Assembly (NCBI GenBank): GCA_964588605.1
Contig: CAZPQB010000002.1
Location: 59,193 to 83,192, forward strand
DNA: 24,000 nt
Direction: 5' to 3'
DNA from: an uncultured Dehalococcoidaceae bacterium
Lineage (GTDB): Bacteria > Chloroflexota > Dehalococcoidia > Dehalococcoidales > RBG-16-60-22
In this document: positions 17,043 through 24,000 of the stretch, piece after piece
Layout of the letters: every line of letters begins with the position of its first letter
How positions within the stretch are numbered: the first letter of the stretch is position 1
Translations under genes and position numbers: made by a program
The notes under the pieces: generated by a model
The model's input: the letters and a program-made list of their open reading frames with translations, nothing else
Databases searched by the model: none
What the model was told of the DNA's origin: nothing

Positions 17043-17083
17043 TAAAAAAAGCTGGATATTCCTAAATCGGAAAATATCCAGCC
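17043..17083 (-). terminator. Rho-independent terminator of the small zinc-ribbon gene
   Basis: Minus strand GGCTGGATATTTTCCGATTTAGGAATATCCAGCTTTTTTT: long stem with a small bulge, then a T-run. Confidence 0.8.
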
Positions 17084-17117
17084 TTGATGTATATATAAAT
17101 CCCTAAAATAACCGGCT

Positions 17118-17258
17118 TTAGCTCTTACCAATTCTAAACATCTTGGTGCCGCAGGTCGGGCATACTCCCTGCGTCGCCGGCTTGCCATTTTTCATCGTAA
17201 TGGCCTTAGGATCCTTCATTTCCTTCTTGGCACGGCACTTCACACAATATGCTTGCAT
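17118..17258 (-). CDS. DUF5679-like 46-aa zinc-ribbon protein
   Basis: Manual translation, below the ORF-track cutoff: MQAYCVKCRAKKEMKDPKAITMKNGKPATQGVCPTCGTKMFRIGKS*. SD GGAGGAAT upstream, own promoter and terminator. Confidence 0.85.
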   Translation of the reverse strand: MQAYCVKCRAKKEMKDPKAITMKNGKPATQGVCPTCGTKMFRIGKS

Positions 17259-17292
17259 GTGATTCCTCCTTCCTTCTGAGTATTTGCTATAA

Positions 17293-17321
17293 ACAATAAA
17301 CCATTGTTAGGCTCATGTCAA
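17293..17321 (-). promoter_or_regulatory. Sigma70-type promoter of the DUF5679-like gene
   Basis: Minus strand TTGACA (17321-17316), 17 nt spacer, TATTGT (17298-17293), 35 nt before the ATG. Confidence 0.6.
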
Positions 17322-17498
17322 GAGGCTAACACGAACAAACGGCATTTTTTTGTGCCCAGATTCCCATTTCTTTAGATAATAGTGGTAAAAAACAGCAGAA
17401 AGACAGATAGACACGCCACTATAACAAGCACAGTATGAATTGGGCAATGCTTATGCTATACTTCTTACCAAGACGAAATAAAAAGGGATGTAAACGAA

Positions 17499-18539
17499 AT
17501 GGACAAGACCAAAGTTGGAATTATCAATGTTACCGGTTATGCCGGTGTCGAGCTGGCACGACTGCTTTACCAGCACCCGCAGGTAGAGCTTGCCTCGGTT
17601 ACCGGACGTAGCGCTGCCGGACAGGAACTGGGCAACGTCTTCCCACACCTGGCGAGCACAGGACTGACCATTGAAGAGAAGCTCGGAGAAGTTGAATTCG
17701 CCTTTTCCGCTATGCCTCACAAGGAGAGCGCCCAGGTAGTCGCCCCGCTACTGGACAGCGGCATTAAGGTAATTGATATCAGCGCTGATTTCAGACTAAA
17801 AGACGCTGATGATTACCCGCGGTGGTACGGTTTCACCCACCCATTCCCGCGTCTACTGGAAAAGGCAGTGTACGGTCTTACCGAGCTTCATCGTGACCAT
17901 ATCAGGATAGAGGAACTGGTGGCTAATCCCGGATGTTATCCCACCGGGGCGATACTGGCTCTGGCGCCAGCCATAAAAGCAGGCATTATTGAACCCAGTA
18001 TTATTATTGACAGTAAGTCGGGTATCTCCGGGGCCGGCCGCAGTCTCAACTTGACGACCCACTTCAGTGAAGCCAACGAAGATACTACCGCCTATGCCCT
18101 CGACGGGCACCGCCACCTGCCCGAGATTGTCCAAGAACTTGAATCGCTCCAGCGGGGACTGTCACTTTCAATTACCTTTGTCCCTCACCTGGTACCAATG
18201 ACGCGCGGCATACTTACCACCGCCTACAGCTCGCTGATACCGGGCAGGATTGCGGGTGGTAAAAATGGAGAAGAAGAGCTGAACAATATCTACCGCGAGT
18301 TCTATAAAGATGAGCCCTTCGTTAAAGTGGTGGCATACCCACCTCATACCAAACATACCTTGGGAAATAACTGTTGCCTCATTCACCCTACCATTGACCG
18401 CAGAAGCGGACGGCTTATTGTTATCAGCAGCATCGATAATCTTGTCAAGGGGGCGGCGGGGCAGGCCGTCCAGAACATGAACCTCATGCTCGGCCTGCCA
18501 GAAACTACCGGACTCGAGGCTATGGCCATTTACCCATAA
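17499..18539 (+). CDS. argC: N-acetyl-gamma-glutamyl-phosphate reductase
   Basis: 346 aa: VGIINVTGYAGVELARLLYQHPQ, FSAMPHKESAQ, VIDISADFRLKD, LVANPGCYPTGAILAL, SKSGISGAGR, FVPHLVPMTRGI. Confidence 0.96.
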   Translation: MDKTKVGIINVTGYAGVELARLLYQHPQVELASVTGRSAAGQELGNVFPHLASTGLTIEEKLGEVEFAFSAMPHKESAQVVAPLLDSGIKVIDISADFRLKDADDYPRWYGFTHPFPRLLEKAVYGLTELHRDHIRIEELVANPGCYPTGAILALAPAIKAGIIEPSIIIDSKSGISGAGRSLNLTTHFSEANEDTTAYALDGHRHLPEIVQELESLQRGLSLSITFVPHLVPMTRGILTTAYSSLIPGRIAGGKNGEEELNNIYREFYKDEPFVKVVAYPPHTKHTLGNNCCLIHPTIDRRSGRLIVISSIDNLVKGAAGQAVQNMNLMLGLPETTGLEAMAIYP

Positions 18540-18553
18540 TAACGGAGCTAAGA

Positions 18554-18883
18554 TCGACGACCAGCTATACACATCTCAAACTGAACCAGGATATAGAAGC
18601 TATTGCCGGACATTATACCCCGCAGAAAGAGGTAAGGCTACCGTATAACGGCCGGGAAGTCCTCTATGTAATCAGTGAAGCTGTCGTCGATGCCTCCTGC
18701 TGCGGCTCGGCCGATTTCACTTCGGCGCTGGTGCCCGGCTATCTGGTCAGATGGCAAGCCGAGACGAACAAAGACGGATTCCCCGTATCTGAAGTGGAGC
18801 CAATCAGCGACAGGAAAGCGCGAGGTAAAATTAAAAAGCTGATTCAGGAAACCGAGCACGTCTCACAGGTTGAGTTCTGGTAA
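18554..18883 (+). CDS. Small conserved-looking hypothetical protein lacking a canonical start codon
   Basis: Manual translation of open frame: (S)TTSYTHLKLNQDIEAIAGHYTPQKEVRLPYNGREVLYVISEAVVDASCCGSADFTSALVPGYLVRWQAETNKDGFPVSEVEPISDRKARGKIKKLIQETEHVSQVEFW*. Protein-like composition, fills the gap between argC and pabC, GGAG SD at 18544-18547. Not in the track because no ATG/GTG/TTG is in frame. Confidence 0.65.
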   Translation, partial: STTSYTHLKLNQDIEAIAGHYTPQKEVRLPYNGREVLYVISEAVVDASCCGSADFTSALVPGYLVRWQAETNKDGFPVSEVEPISDRKARGKIKKLIQETEHVSQVEFW

Positions 18884-18896
18884 AGAAGGCCGAATA

Positions 18897-19778
18897 TCAG
18901 GCCGTGGTCTCCTTCTCAACCATCGCCTTGTAGTCTGCCATAAATATCTTGGTCATCCGTCCCGGTTTCCCCGAGCCGATGGTGATAGTATTGCCGGCAT
19001 CGTCCCTGACCTGTACCAGAGGCATAATCTCAATCATGGAATTAGTCAAAAAAGCCTCATCGGAGTGTTTGAGCGACCCCAGTCCCACCGTACCCTCGGT
19101 GACCGTTATACCAAGTCTATCAGCCAGCTCGATCACCACCTGCCGGGTAATGCCCGGCAGGATGCCGCTTCCCAGCGAAGGCGTCACCAGCCTTGATGCC
19201 TTTACAAAAAAGACATTGCTACCGCTACCCTCAGCAATAAAGCCGTCATCATTTAACATCAATGTCTCATACAGTCCCTGCCGGGCAGCTTCCATCCTGG
19301 CAAGCACACTGAGCAGATAGTCGGTGGACTTAATCGAGGATAACAGGGACTGCTGGCAGCGGCGCAGCGAGGTCAGACCGATCTTGACACCCTGCCTGTA
19401 TCTCTCAGTCTCAGGAGGCGCATAGGGTATTGCCGTGACGACGACGGTAGCCCGGCCACTCGCTCCAGCCCAGGGGAACGTGTCCGATTCGCCATTGGTA
19501 ACAGTTAATCGAAGGCGGGCTTCCTGCAGTTTATTGGCCTCAAGCGTATCCTGGCAGGCCTGGGCAAGGTCAACGCCAGCCAGTCCCGAGCCCATCCCGA
19601 TGGTATCGGCTGATTGCATTAGCCGTTCTAAATGCCGCTCCAGGAGGAATATTCTGCCACGGTAGGCACGCATCGTCTCAAACAGTCCGTATCCGTAGAG
19701 AAAACCATGGTCAAAGACCGATATACGCGCCTCCGAGGCGGCGATAAGTTCACCATTGAGATATACAATCCCTTCCAT
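18897..19778 (-). CDS. pabC: Class IV PLP aminotransferase, probably 4-amino-4-deoxychorismate lyase
   Basis: 293 aa: VYLNGELIAASEARISVFDHGFLYGYGLFETMRAYRG, LLSSIKSTDYL, GFIAEGSGSNVFFVK, LGSGILPGITRQVV; adjacent pabA/pabB. Confidence 0.78.
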   Translation of the reverse strand: MEGIVYLNGELIAASEARISVFDHGFLYGYGLFETMRAYRGRIFLLERHLERLMQSADTIGMGSGLAGVDLAQACQDTLEANKLQEARLRLTVTNGESDTFPWAGASGRATVVVTAIPYAPPETERYRQGVKIGLTSLRRCQQSLLSSIKSTDYLLSVLARMEAARQGLYETLMLNDDGFIAEGSGSNVFFVKASRLVTPSLGSGILPGITRQVVIELADRLGITVTEGTVGLGSLKHSDEAFLTNSMIEIMPLVQVRDDAGNTITIGSGKPGRMTKIFMADYKAMVEKETTA

Positions 19779-19780
19779 AA

Positions 19781-20365
19781 CTATCCTCCTGATTCACGTT
19801 TCGACAAGCTCAGGAAATTGGACAGAATATCGTGCCCATCCGGCGTCATGATAGATTCCGGGTGGAACTGTATTCCCTCCACCATATCATACCTATTTCT
19901 GACCCCCATAATCACCCCGTCTTCCGTCCTGGCGGAAACCTCCAAAGACGTGGGTACGGTCTCGGCGCCGATGACCAGAGAGTGATAACGCCCACCAACG
20001 AGTGGAGACGGCAGGCCATGGAATACAGTTTCGCCGTCATGGTAGATGAGGGAGTCTTTGCCATGCACAGGGAGTACCGCACGTTTAATCTGCCCGCCAT
20101 ATACATAGCCGATGCACTGGTGTCCCAGGCACACACCCAGTATAGGAATACGCCGGCGGAACGAGCGGACGACATCATTGGAGATACCGGCTTCCAGCGG
20201 GGTACAGGGGCCGGGAGAGATGACGATATGGCTTGGCGCCATTGCCTCAATCTGTTCTATGGTTATGGCATCATTACGATAGACCACAGGCTCCTGTCGC
20301 AGTTCGCCGAGGTACTGAACCAGATTATAGGCGAACGAATCATAGTTATCTATCACCAGAATCAC
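19781..20365 (-). CDS. pabA: Anthranilate/aminodeoxychorismate synthase glutamine amidotransferase
   Basis: 194 aa: MILVIDNYDSFAYNLVQYLGEL, ISPGPCTP, ILGVCLGHQCIGYVYGG, RYHSLVI, GIQFHPESIMTPDG. Confidence 0.93.
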   Translation of the reverse strand: MILVIDNYDSFAYNLVQYLGELRQEPVVYRNDAITIEQIEAMAPSHIVISPGPCTPLEAGISNDVVRSFRRRIPILGVCLGHQCIGYVYGGQIKRAVLPVHGKDSLIYHDGETVFHGLPSPLVGGRYHSLVIGAETVPTSLEVSARTEDGVIMGVRNRYDMVEGIQFHPESIMTPDGHDILSNFLSLSKRESGG

Positions 20366-21801
20366 GATGTTATCTCCACGTCAGCCTGAGGCGATAGTTG
20401 GAGGGCCTGCATCATGGCTTTGCCCTTGTCCAGCGTCTCGATATATTCCGCCTCCGGCTCGGAATCATAGACAATAGCACCCCCCACCTGGAAATAAGCC
20501 CTGCCCTCTTTAACAAGAATCGTCCTTATGACGATATCCAGATCCATGTCACCGCAGAAACTCAGGTAGCCCAGCGACCCCGTGTAAACGCTGCGACGGG
20601 TAGGCTCAAGCTCATCGATAATTTCCATGGCCCGTACCTTGGGGGCTCCGGTTATGGAACCGCCGGGGAAGGTGGCTTTCAGGAGGTCAATCCGGTTTTT
20701 GCCTTCGCACAACCGGCCGACCACGGTCGAGGTAATGTGAAAAACGGTGGGATACGTCTCCAGAATAGCCAACTCCGTAACCCTGACCGTCCCATAGCGG
20801 CAGACACGCCCGATATCATTCCGCTCAAGGTCGACAATCATCACATTCTCCGCCCGGTCTTTAACGCTCTCCAGCAGGCTCTGTGCCAGCGCCCGGTCCT
20901 CTTCAGGGGATTTACCGCGGGGCTTCGTTCCCTTGATAGGACGGGTCTCCACCCAGTCGCCCCGGACCTTCAAGAATCTCTCCGGTGAAGCGCCAACAAC
21001 AGTAACGCCGTCGAAATTAAAATAGTTGGCAAATGGTGCTGGATTGATTTCTCGCAGGCGCCTGTAGAGTTCATACGGTGCCATGCTTAAATCAGCCTCA
21101 AACCTCTGTGATAGATTGACCTGAAATATGTCGCCGGCGCATATATACTCCCGGCACGTAGCCACTGCTTGAAGGTAGCCCTCGTGCGTAAAATTGGCTT
21201 TGATGACGCTACCTTCGCCATGGGTATTTTCCTCTGTTGTTCTGGGCGGCGGACTCAGCGCAACCCGACTCCTCAGCTCTGCCAGCCTTTGGCGCGCCCG
21301 GTGCAGCCTCCGACTCTCCTCCAGTTCCGGGAATCCGGTCGCCACCACATACGTCTTGCCTTTAAGATGGTCAAAAGCCACAATGGCATCGTAGAAAGCC
21401 AGATAACACTCGGGAAGGTCTAAATCATCTACCGCTGTAGTTGGCAGTCGCTCCATAAAGTGGCACAAATCATAGCTGAAATAACCGACGGCCCCACCCA
21501 TAAAGGGAATATCCGCCTTACCGCTCTCAAGAGAATAATTATCCAGTAATTCGCCGAGCATATTAAAAGGATTGCCCTGACTGACTTCTTCCACCCCATC
21601 TCTAATGATAGATACCTTATCGCCCCGACTCCTGAGTACCAGAAACGGGTCGCTGCCCATGAAGGAATAGCGTCCTAATTTGGGCGGGTCCATGCCGCTG
21701 TCAAGAAAGAAGCTGAAAGGTCGATGGGCAAAGGCCTCAAAACACCAGGGGGTGTCCGGCGCCATGTAGACCTCTTCTATGAGCGGATAGCGTTCGGTCA
21801 T
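20362..21801 (-). CDS. pabB: Aminodeoxychorismate synthase component I
   Basis: 479 aa chorismate-utilising enzyme with PIKGTKPRG (Lys typical of PabB rather than TrpE), FPGGSITGAPKVRAMEIIDELEP; 4-nt overlap with pabA. Confidence 0.9.
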   Translation of the reverse strand: MTERYPLIEEVYMAPDTPWCFEAFAHRPFSFFLDSGMDPPKLGRYSFMGSDPFLVLRSRGDKVSIIRDGVEEVSQGNPFNMLGELLDNYSLESGKADIPFMGGAVGYFSYDLCHFMERLPTTAVDDLDLPECYLAFYDAIVAFDHLKGKTYVVATGFPELEESRRLHRARQRLAELRSRVALSPPPRTTEENTHGEGSVIKANFTHEGYLQAVATCREYICAGDIFQVNLSQRFEADLSMAPYELYRRLREINPAPFANYFNFDGVTVVGASPERFLKVRGDWVETRPIKGTKPRGKSPEEDRALAQSLLESVKDRAENVMIVDLERNDIGRVCRYGTVRVTELAILETYPTVFHITSTVVGRLCEGKNRIDLLKATFPGGSITGAPKVRAMEIIDELEPTRRSVYTGSLGYLSFCGDMDLDIVIRTILVKEGRAYFQVGGAIVYDSEPEAEYIETLDKGKAMMQALQLSPQADVEITS

Positions 21802-21938
21802 ACTCAGTCAGTTTATCATAGAGTTACCATTGAATTATATAATATTTAACATCTTATCGCTTTACACAATTGTTAACATTTCTATTGTTTTTCTAATGTT
21901 GCCTCTTCACTCCTGCTCTGCTATGCTTTGAAGCAGTT

Positions 21939-23207
21939 ATGCAGAACGAAAGCAGTCCGGGCAATAATACGATATTCCGCCGCATAGATTATGTCAAGAT
22001 AACCGTCCTCGGCCTGGCTTTATCGGCCCTCTGGGGCAGCTTTCACAGCGTGGTTCTACCGCTACGCCTTCTGGACTTCGTGGCGGAATCGCAGAAAAAT
22101 ACCTACCTTGGACTGATGACGCTTACAGGGCTGCTACTGGCCATGGCCGTCCAGCCGATAGCCGGGGCTGTCAGCGACCGCTCCAGCTTCAAATGGGGGC
22201 GAAGGCGCCCCTTTATCCTTGTCGGCGGTATGATAACTCTGCTTTTTATCCCTGGAATCGGATTCGCCTGGAGCTACGCCGCTATTTTCGCTGTCTATTG
22301 CCTGATGCAGATAAGCGCCAACATAGCCCAGGGTCCCCACCAGGCTTTCATCCCTGACCTGGCGCCTGAAGAGAGACGCGGGCTGGCTTCAGGCGTGAAG
22401 ACCCTTCTGGAAGTAATCGGCGGCATCGGCCTCGTCTATATAATAATATTCCTCAGCGACCGCTTCGGAGGAGAAAGCTTTTCCTGGATATGGCTTATCC
22501 TGGCGATACTGGCGGCCTTAGTGCTCGCGGCTGTGCTCATCACCATTATCACGGTTAAGGAGCGGCCGGGCACGGTTGTACACCGGCAGCCTTTATTTCC
22601 TGCCCTGATTAACAGCTATAAGATAGATGTCCATAAGAGCCCCGGCTTTATTATCTTCCTGGTATCTCGTCTCCTTTTCATAATGTCACTGACCACTCTA
22701 CAGTCCTTCGCCCTGTATTTCTTCCAGGACACGGTTGAAGTACTAAATCCGGCTACGGCCACGGTCGAGCTTATGGCCGTGCTGGGTATTGGTATGGTGG
22801 GTACAGTCTATATAGCCGGTCGACTTTCCGATAGATTGGGACGCAAACCGATTCTGATTTTCTCGGGGATTATCGGCGCCGCCGGAATACTGGTATTGCT
22901 TCTGGGTCCGAGCTACGGCTACAAGCTTGTAGGAGGCGGACTTGAGGGAATCGCTGTCGGCTCGTTTATGAGTTCAAACTGGGCACTGGCTACCGACCTT
23001 GTTCCTAAAACTGAGGAGGCGAGATATCTCGGCCTGACCAACCTGGCTACGGCCGGTGGAGCTGCTCTGGCGCGACTTATCGGCATTGGCATTGATTATT
23101 TTAACAGCCGAAGTCCCGGACTCGGCTACGACTTCATGCTACTGGTCTGCCTTGCTTATTTCATTATCGGCTCAATAATGATAACGAGAATTAAGAGTCC
23201 AAACTAG
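21939..23207 (+). CDS. MFS transporter (SLC45/GPH sugar-transporter-like)
   Basis: 422 aa, 12-TM-like pattern: LWGSFHSVVLPLRLLDF, QPIAGAVSDRSSFKWGRRRPFILVGG, NIAQGPHQAFIPDLAPEERRGLASG. Confidence 0.88.
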   Translation: MQNESSPGNNTIFRRIDYVKITVLGLALSALWGSFHSVVLPLRLLDFVAESQKNTYLGLMTLTGLLLAMAVQPIAGAVSDRSSFKWGRRRPFILVGGMITLLFIPGIGFAWSYAAIFAVYCLMQISANIAQGPHQAFIPDLAPEERRGLASGVKTLLEVIGGIGLVYIIIFLSDRFGGESFSWIWLILAILAALVLAAVLITIITVKERPGTVVHRQPLFPALINSYKIDVHKSPGFIIFLVSRLLFIMSLTTLQSFALYFFQDTVEVLNPATATVELMAVLGIGMVGTVYIAGRLSDRLGRKPILIFSGIIGAAGILVLLLGPSYGYKLVGGGLEGIAVGSFMSSNWALATDLVPKTEEARYLGLTNLATAGGAALARLIGIGIDYFNSRSPGLGYDFMLLVCLAYFIIGSIMITRIKSPN

Positions 23208-23800
23208 CCAAACCAGGGTATTGACTTAAGTCCCAGGGAAGCAAGAGTGGCCATAACCACATATGATATTGTCCTGCCCAGCCAGCAGGCAACGAAGAAC
23301 CTCCATAATGGCATGCGAAGGGCACCGGCGATTATGCCCACAATATCAAAAAAAAATGGGAAAACCGACAATATAAATATCGCTATCCAACCCCACCTTT
23401 TCACCCAACCCTCTACCCTGTTATATACTGTACTTTTTGATAGTAAACCCCGGCCGCTACGTCCGGCAATATAACCCGTCAATTCCCCGATACCCGCGCC
23501 AAGGCCACCAGCCACCCCGACTATTAGCGGCGAAGGCAGCGTAGCTCCGAGGGCCATTATTACGGCCATATTACTGACGGGCATTATTATTGTAGCGTTC
23601 AGAATGATACTGATAATAAAAGCACCGAGGTACCCGTAACTTCTTAACTCCCGGAACACACCAGGGTTTTTCCAGTAAAGATAGCCGATAACTGCCATGA
23701 TGGCAACCGCCAGCAACAGGCCGACCAGGGGAATGCTTCTCTTCCTTAGCCAAGCCAACCACCCCTCTTTATCCTGCTTTTCAGCTTTGGTTTCATCCAT
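23204..23800 (-). CDS. VTT/SNARE-associated (DedA-like) membrane protein
   Basis: 198 aa: YLGAFIISIILNATIIMPVSNMAVIMALGATLPSPLIVGVAGGLGAGIGELTGYIAGRSGR...GWIAIFILSVFPFFFDIVGIIAGALRMPLWRFFVACWLGR. Confidence 0.85.
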   Translation of the reverse strand: MDETKAEKQDKEGWLAWLRKRSIPLVGLLLAVAIMAVIGYLYWKNPGVFRELRSYGYLGAFIISIILNATIIMPVSNMAVIMALGATLPSPLIVGVAGGLGAGIGELTGYIAGRSGRGLLSKSTVYNRVEGWVKRWGWIAIFILSVFPFFFDIVGIIAGALRMPLWRFFVACWLGRTISYVVMATLASLGLKSIPWFG

Positions 23801-23847
23801 ACGCTGAGGTATTATACCATGATGCTATTTGATGCTGATAACCGCAC

Positions 23848-23877
23848 TTGTTTTTATACCCATGTAATCGTTATAAT
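23848..23877 (+). promoter_or_regulatory. Putative promoter upstream of ilvE-like gene
   Basis: TTGTTT (23848-23853), 18 nt spacer, TATAAT (23872-23877). The -35 is weak and the -10 is consensus. Confidence 0.45.
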
Positions 23878-23905
23878 AAACGGTAACCGGAAAGGAGACT
23901 TTAGT

Positions 23906-24000
23906 ATGCCGTCTTATGCCTATTTTCAGAAGCAGATAATACCTCTGGAAGAAGCAAAAATAGGGATTATGACCAATTCCTTCCACTACGGTACTGCTAT
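23906..24000 (+). CDS. ilvE: Branched-chain amino-acid aminotransferase, N-terminal fragment running off right edge
   Basis: MPSYAYFQKQIIPLEEAKIGIMTNSFHYGTAI..., with SD AAAGGAG upstream. Typical BCAT N-terminus. Confidence 0.75.
   Translation, partial: MPSYAYFQKQIIPLEEAKIGIMTNSFHYGTA

Noticed and set aside
17006-17188. 60-aa minus ORF MASRRRREYARPAAPRCLELV...
   Set aside because: It overlaps the DUF5679-like gene in another frame and crosses its terminator hairpin; composition is not protein-like.
23204-23207. Convergent overlap of the MFS and VTT stop codons as an unusual antisense arrangement
   Set aside because: A 4-nt tail-to-tail overlap is common in compact bacterial genomes and needs no special explanation.
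1-24000. CRISPR arrays, tandem repeats, retron/DGR or defence islands
   Set aside because: Read-through of intergenic regions found only short palindromes and one imperfect 13-mer pair; no regularly spaced repeats, reverse transcriptase, Cas, nuclease/helicase or transposase ORFs.

Overview
The window looks like an ordinary chromosomal segment. The mix of DUF951-like and DUF5679-like small proteins suggests Chloroflexota/Dehalococcoidia, but that is inference. From left to right it contains: (i) a minus-strand surface-polysaccharide locus (Wzx-type flippase running off the left edge, two SAM methyltransferases of which one appears truncated, a large multi-TM protein), continuous with a complete GDP-D-glycero-alpha-D-manno-heptose precursor set (hddC, hddA, gmhA, gmhB) plus a small transaldolase, a Trm112-like protein and a small XRE regulator; (ii) tRNA-Thr(CGT) with a terminator; (iii) a gene-poor stretch with small unknown ORFs, palindromes and a single-domain response regulator; (iv) cupin, DUF951-like protein, pyrF and a small SWIM protein; (v) a plus-strand trio of TreT-like glycosyltransferase, 6-phosphofructokinase and divergent class II aldolase; (vi) a 46-aa zinc-ribbon protein below the ORF-track cutoff, argC, and a conserved-looking small ORF with no usable start codon; (vii) pabC-like/pabA/pabB, an MFS transporter, a VTT-domain protein and the start of ilvE. 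I found no CRISPR array, transposase, prophage or recognisable defence system. The best second looks are the truncated methyltransferase under the membrane-protein N-terminus, the start-codon-less ORF after argC, strong promoters with inverted repeats over the -35 box, the long leader of the response regulator, and the PFK/divergent-aldolase/TreT operon.
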